A stretch of 61,507 bases of DNA from a virus (taxonomy: Duplodnaviria; Caudoviricetes), in the IMG/VR virus record IMGVR_UViG_3300048835_000959, positions 1 through 61,507 of that record. One strand, given 5' to 3'. Below, piece after piece: positions 33,109 to 43,082 of this stretch. Positions within the stretch are counted from its first letter, which is position 1. Every line of letters starts with the position of its first letter. Under the pieces are notes generated by a model. The model was not told the DNA's origin, made no database searches, and saw nothing but the letters and a program-made list of their open reading frames with translations. Both the position numbers and the translations under genes were made by a program.

Positions 33109-35709
33109 CTAAACGTTTGCAGAATCATCGCCACCCTCCATGTCGAAAAGAGTCGTTGGTGGTGCGCTCATGTTGACCAGCTGCCAAAGTCGCACATGGG
33201 TCTTCGCGTTGACGCCTGCGTCTTTCAGTTTGCGGCCGTTGAAGACCCGCCCACGGAGCTTGGATAGATGACGTCCCAGCGATCGCTTGAACGAACCTTC
33301 GCCACGGTCTCGATTCGCCGACAGAGGCTCTGGGAGAGCCCTCACAAGCGGATCGTCGATGTACTCGACCGGCGAGTCTTTAGGTGGAACGACAACGCGA
33401 CAGATGTCGTCTGCCGTTTGCAATCGGTCTCCAAATCTCTCCCACCAGGCATCGAAGAATGCCGTCCACTCCTGAGCCGACTCGTCTTGCACGACTTGCG
33501 TCTGCTCAAGGTTGGTTAGGAAGCCAGGGATGCCGGCGAACGCTAGAACGCTACCGATCGTGTCCGCCCACTCTTGGAAGCTGCCGAGCGATGGAATAGG
33601 GATCGTAGGTTTTCCATTGGTGTACCAGGCTCTGATGATCGTCAGCGCTGCAGCGAGCAGATTGCCACGGTGCTCATCGATGTGCTGCTCAAGGTCGCGA
33701 ATGCGAAAGCCAGTGCGTTCCCATGGCCGTTCCGCATTAGCATCGAGGCGAATGCTGTAGCTGCGTCGTGGTAGGTCACCAGTAACGCGAAGGTTATTCC
33801 CGCTGGCTGCCCACACAACCCGCGACAGAAGCGTTACGATCCGATTACCACCGAGCAGGCGATCGGATATCTCACGCGATGTCAGCGTTGCAGCCAACAT
33901 CGGAGAATCGATCGTGGTGTTGTCGGGGATGTTGTCGAGCAGAACAAACGAAGCGGAGGTCATCAAGATCGATGTGATTTTCTTCCGCCACTCGTCCTCA
34001 TTCTGTTTGGTGGGAATTGACTCGGATGAAACGTTGCCGACAGCGATCTTCGCGAGTGCGGTGATCAGCAACGACTTACCCGTCCCTTGCATAGGTGCGT
34101 CCACGATCGCGAGTGGCACATGCCCCTTAATGACTGGACGCATAAGAATTGAGAACAAGATCGCCAGTGCGTTGGCGCGACTCGCATCATCGACAAATGG
34201 GAATTCGTCGATGACCTGAAGAAGAATATCCACGCACGCGCGGACCTCTTCTCCGCAGGGATACTCGGGGACGGGTCTCAGATTTAGCGACGGATCAGGA
34301 CAATACATCAACCTTGATGTAGGATCGTAACCAGGCGTCGTACAGATCGTGCCATCGCCTCGAAGGATAGGAGCGCGAACCACGCCAGCTAAAGGTGGCA
34401 GCTCCCAATCCTCTTGAGCCAGGATATTCTCGGCGAGCGTCTTCGGCGGATTGGTGCCCACTTGGATGTAGCCACCATCCGACTTGCGCAACGTGAAAAA
34501 GTTGGCGACCTCAGTGAGACGACACCGAACGCGCGCAACATCAAGTGGTTCGATCTTGGGTATGTTTTGTTCGTCATGAACAACGCGAACTAGACATCCA
34601 GAACGCACGAATGTAGACGGAGGAGTGTTTGCACGTTTGACAGCGGCAAGAGCTTGCGAGGTGAGATCGCTGAGTTGCCGATCGTCAATGATGATTGACG
34701 GCAAGCCTGAGTTGGCTGGTTGCGGTTGCTGCGGCCGGCGAGAGGGCGTCCGCTTTGCCTTGGGTGTGTATTGCTTGGTGACCTTGCTGAGCGCTTTTGC
34801 AATCGTGATTGCGCCGTACGTTTCACCGCCATGCAGTTGATCCCACTTATCTCGCATCAACTGCGAACGCCGAAAGATGCGGTCGATCTGCTGTGCATCC
34901 TTGGTGTAATACGCAAGCGAAAAAACGACCGACGAATCAGCTTCGCTGGCCGAGTTGTAGTGGTCGTTCCAATGACCCTCCCAAAGCGATCGAAACTTAT
35001 CGCCTGTTCGAGGCTTCTTGCATGCGAGATCAATGATCTCGTCGTCACTCAGCGAAACGAAACCGCTATCGCTTGGCTGCGGACCTCGACTGGCAGTTGG
35101 AACTGCATTAGTGCCTGGATCATCATTTCCGAACACTTGTGCGTAAACGAGATCGAGCGATTCCTGTCGAAGGTTGATTTCACTCGGAATGGTCGGTAAG
35201 CGACTGCCGGTAACGGTGAAGAAGCGGTCGCGATCGTAGATCTCCACTTCGCCATCTTCGTAGGCCTTTCGACAACGCGAGCCTGGCTTGTTGGCCTTGA
35301 TGAAGACCTTCAGTCCCGAGCCTGAAGGACTGATCTCGGTGTAGCTGTCTAGGCGATCAACGATCTGCTGAGCCCAAGGTTTCAACTGCCTCGTTGATTC
35401 GTCGACCGAGTCATCGAGATCCACACCGCAGTACGGGTCATCGGCGGTGAAAACGAAGCCAACGCCAGCTAACGCATTATTGCGCCGGCAAGCTTCAATC
35501 GCCTCAGCAAAGGTTCCCCAGGTAGAGGCGTCAGTCGATGACGCCAGCGACCCATTGTGTGGATTGATGGGAGCTTTGGTCGGCTTGCCTCCACGCTCGA
35601 CGTATTTCCAGGCAACCCACTGATTGCGATCGCGAATGCAACTCGGACAGTTTTGATGGATGGCTTCAAGTGGTGGTTGAGGAGCAGAACTCAATGTTCG
35701 ACCTCCCAC
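33109..35709 (-). CDS. Primase-polymerase (AEP, NrS-1-like) fused to a P-loop helicase domain
   Basis: QWVAW, GVDLD, YTEISPSGSG, EIY..RFFTVTG and SEAD motifs; C-terminal GTGKSLL and LLDN. Confidence 0.85.
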   Translation of the reverse strand: MGGRTLSSAPQPPLEAIHQNCPSCIRDRNQWVAWKYVERGGKPTKAPINPHNGSLASSTDASTWGTFAEAIEACRRNNALAGVGFVFTADDPYCGVDLDDSVDESTRQLKPWAQQIVDRLDSYTEISPSGSGLKVFIKANKPGSRCRKAYEDGEVEIYDRDRFFTVTGSRLPTIPSEINLRQESLDLVYAQVFGNDDPGTNAVPTASRGPQPSDSGFVSLSDDEIIDLACKKPRTGDKFRSLWEGHWNDHYNSASEADSSVVFSLAYYTKDAQQIDRIFRRSQLMRDKWDQLHGGETYGAITIAKALSKVTKQYTPKAKRTPSRRPQQPQPANSGLPSIIIDDRQLSDLTSQALAAVKRANTPPSTFVRSGCLVRVVHDEQNIPKIEPLDVARVRCRLTEVANFFTLRKSDGGYIQVGTNPPKTLAENILAQEDWELPPLAGVVRAPILRGDGTICTTPGYDPTSRLMYCPDPSLNLRPVPEYPCGEEVRACVDILLQVIDEFPFVDDASRANALAILFSILMRPVIKGHVPLAIVDAPMQGTGKSLLITALAKIAVGNVSSESIPTKQNEDEWRKKITSILMTSASFVLLDNIPDNTTIDSPMLAATLTSREISDRLLGGNRIVTLLSRVVWAASGNNLRVTGDLPRRSYSIRLDANAERPWERTGFRIRDLEQHIDEHRGNLLAAALTIIRAWYTNGKPTIPIPSLGSFQEWADTIGSVLAFAGIPGFLTNLEQTQVVQDESAQEWTAFFDAWWERFGDRLQTADDICRVVVPPKDSPVEYIDDPLVRALPEPLSANRDRGEGSFKRSLGRHLSKLRGRVFNGRKLKDAGVNAKTHVRLWQLVNMSAPPTTLFDMEGGDDSANV

Positions 35710-37856
35710 GACGTGAGATCCGCTTTCGCCCAGCGATCCAAGAACGTTCGGCGTAGATTGACGCGGTTCTTTTTCAGTGCACTACGAAGCCCCCAGCGAT
35801 CGCCGACCACGATGCAATACTTCGAGGCGCGAGTAACCGCGGTATAGAGCCAGTTACGATCCGCAAAGAAATGGGATTTGTGGCAAAGGACAACCACGCA
35901 GGGAAACTCGCTCCCCTGAGCTTTGTGGGCCGTGAGCGCATAAGCGAGCTGGAGATTCAGTATCTGTTCATCGTGAATATGCCTGTGTCCATCGCCATCG
36001 AAATCGACGATGTAACTGATCCCGCCAGTGGTCTCGACTTCGGAAATGACACCGATGGTGCCGTTCATGATTCCCAAGCCGTAGTCGTTGGTTGTCTGAA
36101 TGACCTTGTCGCCGACTGCAAACTTGCGATCCACCGCGCCGTGTAGCAGATACTGCATCATCTCGTTGATGGCCTTAGTGCCGAGTTGGCCCAGGTGCAT
36201 TGGCGTTATGATCTGAACGTCATTCACAGGGTCGAGACCAAGCCGATCAGGAATGCGATTCAATACGAGATCGCGAAGGTAGACCTGAATCTGCGTTGGA
36301 TCTTGAAGAGAGTCGATGACGCTCCAAGCTGGATCTCCTACAACCGTTGGCATCAGACGCTGCGAAAGAATCGCCGTACTGTTGGTCTTGAGCACTCCAG
36401 CCTGGCGAACAACTTCATCCAGAATGAACGTTGGAACGAGCTTGTGTTCAATGCAATCACGAAGGACGTTACCAGCGCCGACGGGCGGAAGCTGGTTATG
36501 ATCGCCGACGAGGATCAATCGAGTTTTATCGAAATCGATGCGACGTAGCAGCTCTTCCATGAGCGGTGCATCGACCATCGATACTTCATCGACGATAACG
36601 ATGTCATAGGCAGGGTCGCGGACCTTGCCTTCACGGTCTAGCGATGGCGCGGATAGACTTTCACGCTGAAACGCGACACCATTCGATTCGAGCAGTCGGT
36701 GAATGGTTTTCGCGGACAGCTTCACGCCCTGTGACGCTAACGACTCCTCGATTCGCTTTGCTGCTTTCCCGGTTGGCGAACAAAGGGCGACCTTCAAGCC
36801 AGATTCGTCGAACGTCTGGGCCAATCTCGCCAGGGTGTGGGTCTTGCCGGTGCCTGCTCCTCCGGAGATCACCACAATCGCGTGATTCAGCGCCGCTTCA
36901 TACGCAGCGAACTGAGCTCGCTTAAGGCCGACGGTGTTGCCAGGCTCAATCCCCAAGGGGCTCTTGAGAATCCCGTGCTCTTGGAAGCATTCAAAGATGT
37001 ATCGCTCGGCATCTGCATAGTGCGGCAGTGCGACTGCATCGCTATCAACGACCAACTGCCCTTGGTCTACGACCCTTTGATAGGCAGCCTCGATAATCGA
37101 GCCACTATCGAGCGAATCAAGCAACAGCAGATCGAACGCCTTGCGAATCAGCTCATCGTGCGCGATCCATGTATGACCATCGGACGCCTCTTCGCGAACC
37201 AGATAACACAGTGCGGCTTCAAGTCGGCCCGGGTGCTCTTTGGGAATGCCCATCGAACGCGCGATCTTGTCGACCCGCTTGAAACCGTAGCCCTTGATGT
37301 AGCGGATGATGAGGTACGGATTTGCCCGCAGAACGCCAACCACCGAGGGTCCAAATTCTTCAAGCAATGTTTCCATCTGGTGATGAGAAAGCCCGAAGCC
37401 GGCCAAATACGTTCGGACTTCGTTCTCGTCACTGTTGGCGATCCACGCTTCACGCAAAGAATTCAGAGTTCGTTTGGGAATCCGCAGAGCTCGATGTAGT
37501 TCCTCGATGTCCTGGCGGATCACTCGATCGAGATGCTCCGCGCTGGCGACGTAGGAGACGATCTTTCGCGCCGTGGTTTCGCCGATGCCAGTAAACGCCG
37601 GATGCTTGGCGAGGTATTGCACCAATCCTTCAGGCGTTTCCGGCAGGTCGTAGCTCACGCTCTTCGCATCGAACTGCGGTCCATACTTGGGATCGCTTTT
37701 CCACTGTCCCGTGAGCGTGACCAACTCGCCCTCGCTCACGCAGAATGGCCCACGAAAACGCACACGATCGCCGTCGTCGCGAACAAGTGCGCCGGCGGAG
37801 AACTTGGCGCTGGTGAAGAAAACTCGATCGACCGTGCCACTGATACGATTACTCAT
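35691..37856 (-). CDS. recD2: RecD2-like SF1B helicase
   Basis: HhH N-terminus; GGAGTGKT, DEVSM, GDHNQLPPVG, AYALTAHKAQGSE and YTAVTRA motifs. Confidence 0.9.
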   Translation of the reverse strand: MSNRISGTVDRVFFTSAKFSAGALVRDDGDRVRFRGPFCVSEGELVTLTGQWKSDPKYGPQFDAKSVSYDLPETPEGLVQYLAKHPAFTGIGETTARKIVSYVASAEHLDRVIRQDIEELHRALRIPKRTLNSLREAWIANSDENEVRTYLAGFGLSHHQMETLLEEFGPSVVGVLRANPYLIIRYIKGYGFKRVDKIARSMGIPKEHPGRLEAALCYLVREEASDGHTWIAHDELIRKAFDLLLLDSLDSGSIIEAAYQRVVDQGQLVVDSDAVALPHYADAERYIFECFQEHGILKSPLGIEPGNTVGLKRAQFAAYEAALNHAIVVISGGAGTGKTHTLARLAQTFDESGLKVALCSPTGKAAKRIEESLASQGVKLSAKTIHRLLESNGVAFQRESLSAPSLDREGKVRDPAYDIVIVDEVSMVDAPLMEELLRRIDFDKTRLILVGDHNQLPPVGAGNVLRDCIEHKLVPTFILDEVVRQAGVLKTNSTAILSQRLMPTVVGDPAWSVIDSLQDPTQIQVYLRDLVLNRIPDRLGLDPVNDVQIITPMHLGQLGTKAINEMMQYLLHGAVDRKFAVGDKVIQTTNDYGLGIMNGTIGVISEVETTGGISYIVDFDGDGHRHIHDEQILNLQLAYALTAHKAQGSEFPCVVVLCHKSHFFADRNWLYTAVTRASKYCIVVGDRWGLRSALKKNRVNLRRTFLDRWAKADLTSWEVEH

Positions 37857-38298
37857 GGTGTAGATCTCCTGCGTTGGAGATCACACGAATGAACGATCGT
37901 AGATAGGCATCGGTGAATCGAACGGCCCCTGGCCGCGATCCGCACCAATAGACAGGCACCCGATACTTGACGCCAATGTATGTGGACGCACCAAGCAATG
38001 ATTGTGGAGCGACTGCCCGAAGTGCTTCAGCATGTTGGCCGCAAAGCACAGCAGTTAGATCAGCTTCGACCACGATGCACGCCGCTTCCATCGCCGAAAG
38101 CTTTTGAAGCTCGCGAGCGAAGCGATCAAAATCGTGAATGACGGTGCCGACGAAATCACGCAGGCTCTTGCGCTCAACAGCCACTCGCTGTTCGAAGCCA
38201 ACCACCGAGTAATCACCGGCATCAAGCTTCTTACATACAGTTTCGCAATCAAAGGAGTACTTTTCTTGCTCCCGAGTATCAATTGCAATTACGAACAT
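37849..38298 (-). CDS. ERCC4-domain nuclease
   Basis: IDTREQ, GDYS and VERKS motifs. Confidence 0.85.
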   Translation of the reverse strand: MFVIAIDTREQEKYSFDCETVCKKLDAGDYSVVGFEQRVAVERKSLRDFVGTVIHDFDRFARELQKLSAMEAACIVVEADLTAVLCGQHAEALRAVAPQSLLGASTYIGVKYRVPVYWCGSRPGAVRFTDAYLRSFIRVISNAGDLHHE

Positions 38299-38804
38299 GC
38301 GATCATCTCCCGATACGAGATACCCTTGTGAATACACCGCTTTGCTCGCAGATAAGTTTCTTCACCGACCACATCGCGTAGCTCTGCGTCGTGTAGACGT
38401 GCATGCTCTGCAATATCTAGAACTTCGAGGTTTTCAATTCGATTGTCAGTCTTGATCTTGTTTAGATGATGTATCTGTTCTTCTCGTCCCAGTTGACGCC
38501 CCAGATGCTCTTGCATGACGAGTCGATGTTCATAGATGTAACGATCGCGATGACATGTTCTGTTTGGGTTGAGAACCACCACATAGCCGTGCTGATCGAT
38601 CCGTCTACCTCCTTTGAAGTGCGGATTCGATTCTGCGAATCGACCTTTCATGCCATTGATGACACGCGCCGAGTGACCCTTGACATACTGAGGTATTCCT
38701 CGTGCGTGATGATCTTTGATAATGTGAATTAATTGGCCACAACCACATTGGCAAACATGCTTTCCTTGCTGTTTGGAAACCCAATCCTTTAAGTTGACTC
38801 GCAC
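38289..38804 (-). CDS. HNH homing endonuclease
   Basis: CQCGCG, YEHRLVM, IHHLN.IKTDNRIENL motifs. Confidence 0.85.
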   Translation of the reverse strand: MRVNLKDWVSKQQGKHVCQCGCGQLIHIIKDHHARGIPQYVKGHSARVINGMKGRFAESNPHFKGGRRIDQHGYVVVLNPNRTCHRDRYIYEHRLVMQEHLGRQLGREEQIHHLNKIKTDNRIENLEVLDIAEHARLHDAELRDVVGEETYLRAKRCIHKGISYREMIACS

Positions 38805-38983
38805 AATGCTTCTCCGAAGGAAATAGAAAGAGCCGAGGCAGGCACGGGGAGTCTGGAAAAGGAAGCGCGGTGTGGACCCGGCAAAAGAACCACATCGCAA
38901 GGAACTGCTTCCAAGTCACGCCATCCCGCCTCGGCCGCACCCGTTCACAGGGGACGACTAACGCCGGTCAAGCAACCAGCGAC

Positions 38984-39445
38984 CTAGAACGGAAGATCCT
39001 CGTCCGCCAATCCACCACTCGGCGCGGCGGCGATATTCAGCCGACGATTGAAATACACGTTCGTGTACTCGCCTCGCGTACGCTTGGTGACTTCGAGCGT
39101 CTTGTCGAGCAACTCGTCGAGCCGACCTGCCAGTTCGCTGAACTTGGCCAGTTCCAACCCAAGCGTCTTGAGATCGCCTTTGACATAAGGCAACGACGCT
39201 TGGGTGATCACCGAGTTCTTGAAGATGTGCCGACCAGCCTGCGAACCAGAGATGACCACCAGATCGAACTTGATCATCGGGTCACCTTTCTGACTCGATT
39301 CAAGCTTCGCGGTCTGGATCTTCACTTGGTACTTGCCATCGGGGACCTCGTCGTAGCTCGGCGCGTCTGCCGTCTCGAACTCGTCATCAAACGAGGTGAG
39401 GTCGACTTGCGAATCGATAGGTTCGAATGATTCGTAATCACTCAT
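38984..39445 (-). CDS. DUF669-like putative ssDNA-binding protein
   Basis: VPDGKYQVKI..S.KG.PM pattern; acidic DLPF C-terminus. Confidence 0.75.
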   Translation of the reverse strand: MSDYESFEPIDSQVDLTSFDDEFETADAPSYDEVPDGKYQVKIQTAKLESSQKGDPMIKFDLVVISGSQAGRHIFKNSVITQASLPYVKGDLKTLGLELAKFSELAGRLDELLDKTLEVTKRTRGEYTNVYFNRRLNIAAAPSGGLADEDLPF

Positions 39446-39447
39446 GA

Positions 39448-40230
39448 TTATTTAGCCTTTCCTGAAGGGGTGCTTGCCGGCGTGGAGCTCTTCGCTGCGC
39501 TGCTGGTGCCGGTTTCCGAGCTGCGAGCGGGAGAATTGAAAGCTTTCATGAACTGCTCGTAATCGAGAGGGAGCAGCTCAGGCAGACGACCGGTGCGATC
39601 GCCGGCCTCGTAGGTTGGATGCGGTTTGGTGCGCACAACGCGTTCAATGGTGACGTTGCCAGCGGCATCTTTCTTGGCGATTGAATCGCCATAGAGGATG
39701 ATGTCAACCAGACCCAAGACGACGTTGCGAGCACGATCGGGAAGGCTTGGCTGCGTCTTGGTGTACTCGCCGGTTCGCGTTTCGATCGTCTTGTCGACTG
39801 CATGCGAAATGAGGATCAAGCCGTAGGGCAAGCTCGCCAATCGAGTCAGCACGCGATGCCATTCGTTCTTGACCAGAGCCCAGCCTTTGCCGTGGCCCAT
39901 GTCACCTTCGTACTCGATACCATGCTTGGCACAGACATAGTCCGAGCACATCTTGAAAGCGTTGTCGACGGTGTCGATCACAATCGTTTTGAAGTTGTGA
40001 TCTCCCTTGGCCACAAGCTTGCAAGCCTCGAGGAATGCCTCCCACGAATAGGTCGGCACTTTGAAAACCTCCAAGTGATTGAGCCCAGGTTCACACTCAA
40101 AGAAGAGCGAACCAGGTGCCTTGCTTGCGAAGGAGCTCTTCCCAAGTTTGGGGCTGCCATAAAGCAGGATCGTTTGTTTGCCGAGTTCGGTCACGGGTTT
40201 GGATGCTTCGGTTGGTAATGCAATTGACAT
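39448..40230 (-). CDS. AAA_24 / Sak4-like ATPase
   Basis: YGSPKLGKS, IVIDTVD and LISH motifs. Confidence 0.85.
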   Translation of the reverse strand: MSIALPTEASKPVTELGKQTILLYGSPKLGKSSFASKAPGSLFFECEPGLNHLEVFKVPTYSWEAFLEACKLVAKGDHNFKTIVIDTVDNAFKMCSDYVCAKHGIEYEGDMGHGKGWALVKNEWHRVLTRLASLPYGLILISHAVDKTIETRTGEYTKTQPSLPDRARNVVLGLVDIILYGDSIAKKDAAGNVTIERVVRTKPHPTYEAGDRTGRLPELLPLDYEQFMKAFNSPARSSETGTSSAAKSSTPASTPSGKAK

Positions 40231-40245
40231 TAGTTGTCAGTCCTT

Positions 40246-41292
40246 TCAAAAAACGGGTGCGTCAGAATCGATTGAATTGAGTTCCTCATGCGGTGGAGTG
40301 ATCTCGTAGAGGTTGTCCACCACGTTTGGATTGAAGCCGGATTGGCAGTAAGGCAGATACTCACACGGGCGCTGGTACGAGAAGCAGCTCGATGTGTTGA
40401 GTAGCCATTTGCCGCGACGTCGCGCGTCGAGGTATTGCTGGGTGATCTCCCAGACCTCGTCTTGCAGCATGGCAAGACGGTCTTCGGAGAGATAAATGAA
40501 CTCGCGATGGAACGCTTCGGGCTTGGCGTACCAGGCTGCCAGCCGGCCTTGAAACTCTTCGTTGGTTTCAGGCATCTGGCGTTTGGCTGTCGACTTTCCA
40601 CTCTTGTTCTTGGCGGCGAGTTCCGCGTGGCGTGCTTCGTACTCTTCCTGCGTTTCGCCTTTGCTTTGCTTGAGGCGGCTCTTGAGCAGCACGTTGTAGA
40701 TCACGCCAACGATCGGATAGCCCAGTTCACGCAGGTAATAGCAGTACAGTGCGATCTGCGTATCGGTCCACAGCTTGTCGAGATAGTTGGAGTCGATCGA
40801 AGCGGCGGTCTTATGCTCGAGCAGATACATGCCATCGGATCGCTGAACGATCGCATCGGCTTTGCCCGCCATCACAAACGTTTGGCTGCAGCGGCCCGTG
40901 TCTGGATTGCGAATGTTCCCAGTGAATGACTTCTCGATCTCGATGATCGTGAAGTCTTCGGTTGCGTAGCGCGAGGCGTAACCAGTCATGATGGCACGAG
41001 CCAAGTGCCAATTCGCTTGTTGGTTCTCATCGGTCGCTCGCTCTGGAAAGCTGCGATCGATGAAATCCAGCACGATCCACAAGCGATTGGCATCTTCCAC
41101 CGAGCGATACCAGATCTCGATGGCACTGTGGATGACGCTACCGAACGACAATGATTCAACCTTCATCCGTGGACGCAGGTTATCGACGTAACGATGTTTG
41201 TATTTGCGAGGACAATTGCGGAACGTGTTGAGTGCCGAGTAGGTCAGTACGCTCTTGTCGCTCGTTTCAGGGGTTAGGGTTGCTTGAGACAT
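40246..41292 (-). CDS. PD-(D/E)XK (RecB/Cas4-like) exonuclease
   Basis: TYSAL..CPRKY, GS.IH, GKAD..EHKT, Q..LY and C-terminal Cys cluster. Confidence 0.85.
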   Translation of the reverse strand: MSQATLTPETSDKSVLTYSALNTFRNCPRKYKHRYVDNLRPRMKVESLSFGSVIHSAIEIWYRSVEDANRLWIVLDFIDRSFPERATDENQQANWHLARAIMTGYASRYATEDFTIIEIEKSFTGNIRNPDTGRCSQTFVMAGKADAIVQRSDGMYLLEHKTAASIDSNYLDKLWTDTQIALYCYYLRELGYPIVGVIYNVLLKSRLKQSKGETQEEYEARHAELAAKNKSGKSTAKRQMPETNEEFQGRLAAWYAKPEAFHREFIYLSEDRLAMLQDEVWEITQQYLDARRRGKWLLNTSSCFSYQRPCEYLPYCQSGFNPNVVDNLYEITPPHEELNSIDSDAPVF

Positions 41293-41341
41293 AAGACTTT
41301 CGAACTGAAATTGGGTGCGTTTTCTTGGTTTTTGTTGCGGC

Positions 41342-41635
41342 TTACGAGAAGTTCATCTCGTAGGTGTCTTGTTCTTCGATCAAATTGCCATTGAGGCGTT
41401 TCGCGCCTCGTTCTCGAGCGAGCTGAGCTTCACTCACCTTCAGCGACGCATTGATCTGCGAGCACTTCTTGCAAATGCGGTTAGCTGCACTCTTGGAACG
41501 AAACATTTCGTTGCACTTCAGGCACTTCCGATCACCGGGTTCATGGGGTAAAGGTCGTGTTGACATCGCCTGCGGATCTTTCAGCGAGGAGGTCGAAGAG
41601 GGATGGGTGACCGGTTTCGAATCAAACCGTGTCAA
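41342..41635 (-). CDS. Small Zn-finger protein
   Basis: CLKC..NRICKKC; start may be ATG 41566. Confidence 0.6.
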   Translation of the reverse strand: MTRFDSKPVTHPSSTSSLKDPQAMSTRPLPHEPGDRKCLKCNEMFRSKSAANRICKKCSQINASLKVSEAQLARERGAKRLNGNLIEEQDTYEMNFS

Positions 41636-41861
41636 CTGACTCGACCTCGAAGTTGCCTTCGCGATCGCTGGTCACCAGATAGTGCTGGTGCGAGATGTTG
41701 GCGACGAATCGGCTCTCACGAGGAAGTGCCTCACGAATCGTTTGACAGGAATCGTTGAACTCGTTGGAAGCGGCTTCGAAGCGTTCGACGGCTCGGAGGT
41801 ATCGCTGCAAAGCGAGCGAGACGGTGACTCTTTGTTCGATATTCATGGTGGGTGCGCTCAT
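41622..41861 (-). CDS. Hypothetical protein
   Basis: AGGA RBS; in the operon. Confidence 0.6.
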   Translation of the reverse strand: MSAPTMNIEQRVTVSLALQRYLRAVERFEAASNEFNDSCQTIREALPRESRFVANISHQHYLVTSDREGNFEVESVDTV

Positions 41862-41953
41862 TAACTGATGTCCTTCTACTGCTGGTGACTTGTGTTGGCT
41901 GAAACTTGCTCTCTCTATCTGTTGGAATACCCGGTACCCGGGTGAGTTGACGG

Positions 41954-42550
41954 TTACGAATCCAGATATCTGTCAAATCCCGCTTCTTCAAAGAGCTTGC
42001 GGATCTGCAACATCCAGTCGTTGAGCGTGGTGCGAGGGATGCCGAGATCGCGAGAAATTTCGGTAATCGACTGGTTTTGACGGCGACGGAGAATGTCTTG
42101 GTATTTCTCCGGTAGCTTCGATATGAACGTTGCCAAATCCATTCGAAGGTCGTTGAGCTCTTCCTCGCCAAGGCGACGCTCACGTCCCAACCGTCGGTCT
42201 TGATCTCGGTGGTGTAAGGTCTGGGACATTTCGACCTGACCGCCGTCATCACCGCGGACGCTCTTGCTGAGACTGACGCGACCGGCGTTCGCTCGCTTTG
42301 ATACCGAGCGATCGCGAACCACGTTGGCCAGGTGACGTTGCACCACGGTGCAGACGTACGGGTAGAGATGGCCAACCGATGGGTCGTAGAGTCGAAGGCT
42401 CTTCGTCGCACGGACGTAGACCTCCTGGACCAGATCACTACGATCCTGCTGGGTAAAGTCGGACTTGGCGATCAGCTTTCCAACTTGACGATTGATGACA
42501 CTGCGAACGAAACTGTCATCGGCGAGATTGATAGAATGGTTGTCTGACAC
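41954..42550 (-). CDS. Sigma-70/ECF-like sigma factor
   Basis: DRSDLVQE..YDP (region 2) and LPEK..SITEISRDLGIPRTTL (region 4 HTH); GGAGG RBS. Confidence 0.8.
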   Translation of the reverse strand: MSDNHSINLADDSFVRSVINRQVGKLIAKSDFTQQDRSDLVQEVYVRATKSLRLYDPSVGHLYPYVCTVVQRHLANVVRDRSVSKRANAGRVSLSKSVRGDDGGQVEMSQTLHHRDQDRRLGRERRLGEEELNDLRMDLATFISKLPEKYQDILRRRQNQSITEISRDLGIPRTTLNDWMLQIRKLFEEAGFDRYLDS

Positions 42551-42672
42551 GGACGGACCTCCTGGTTGAGGCCCCACAGGCGACAGGTCCGAGAGTTAAA
42601 GCCTGTGAGGCCCGCCCGCTCGTTTGCGGGCTGTTTCCTGATGTGAATCAGACCTGTCGTCCGCTACTGGCG

Positions 42673-42810
42673 AAAATTCCCAAAACGGCCTGGGAAAGAA
42701 GAAAATTCCCATTCGTCGCCACAGGAAACCTTGGAATTTACGGGCTAAACGCAGTGAGAAATTTGATAAAATCCCAGGAGTAGGGTTTTGGGAAATTCCC
42801 AAAATTCCCA
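42673..42810. promoter_or_regulatory. Operator-like repeats in the divergent intergenic region
   Basis: AAAATTCCCA at 42673, 42702 and 42801; palindrome TTTTGGGAA-A-TTCCCAAAA at 42786-42804. Confidence 0.5.
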
Positions 42811-42833
42811 GTTGAGAAGGGGGAGGCCACCGC

Positions 42834-43082
42834 GTGAAGTTCGGATTTCGCAAACCATCGCTGAAGAAAAGAATCGCGGCGCGCACGTCCGTAAAGAGAG
42901 CGATTCGCCATCGCCTGGGATTCAAAGCGCCAAGAGGCTGGGGATGGCTAACCAATCCCCGCAAGGCCGCCTACAACCGCGTGTACAACAGAACGACTCG
43001 CGGTTGTTTAGTTTTGATTATGGCAGCCGGCGCAGCGACGATTTCACCATTCGTCTTGTTGACGATTTGGTTGATTCGCTGA
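42834..43082 (+). CDS. Small very basic phage protein
   Basis: MKFGFRKPSLKKRIAARTS..GWGW..P.KAAYNRVYNRTT; GGAGG RBS. Confidence 0.7.
   Translation: MKFGFRKPSLKKRIAARTSVKRAIRHRLGFKAPRGWGWLTNPRKAAYNRVYNRTTRGCLVLIMAAGAATISPFVLLTIWLIR

Noticed and set aside
32127-33134. 335-aa ORF as one gene
   Set aside because: The N-terminal part is translated iteron DNA (LARLARL, LANLA); only the part from about 32564 looks protein-like
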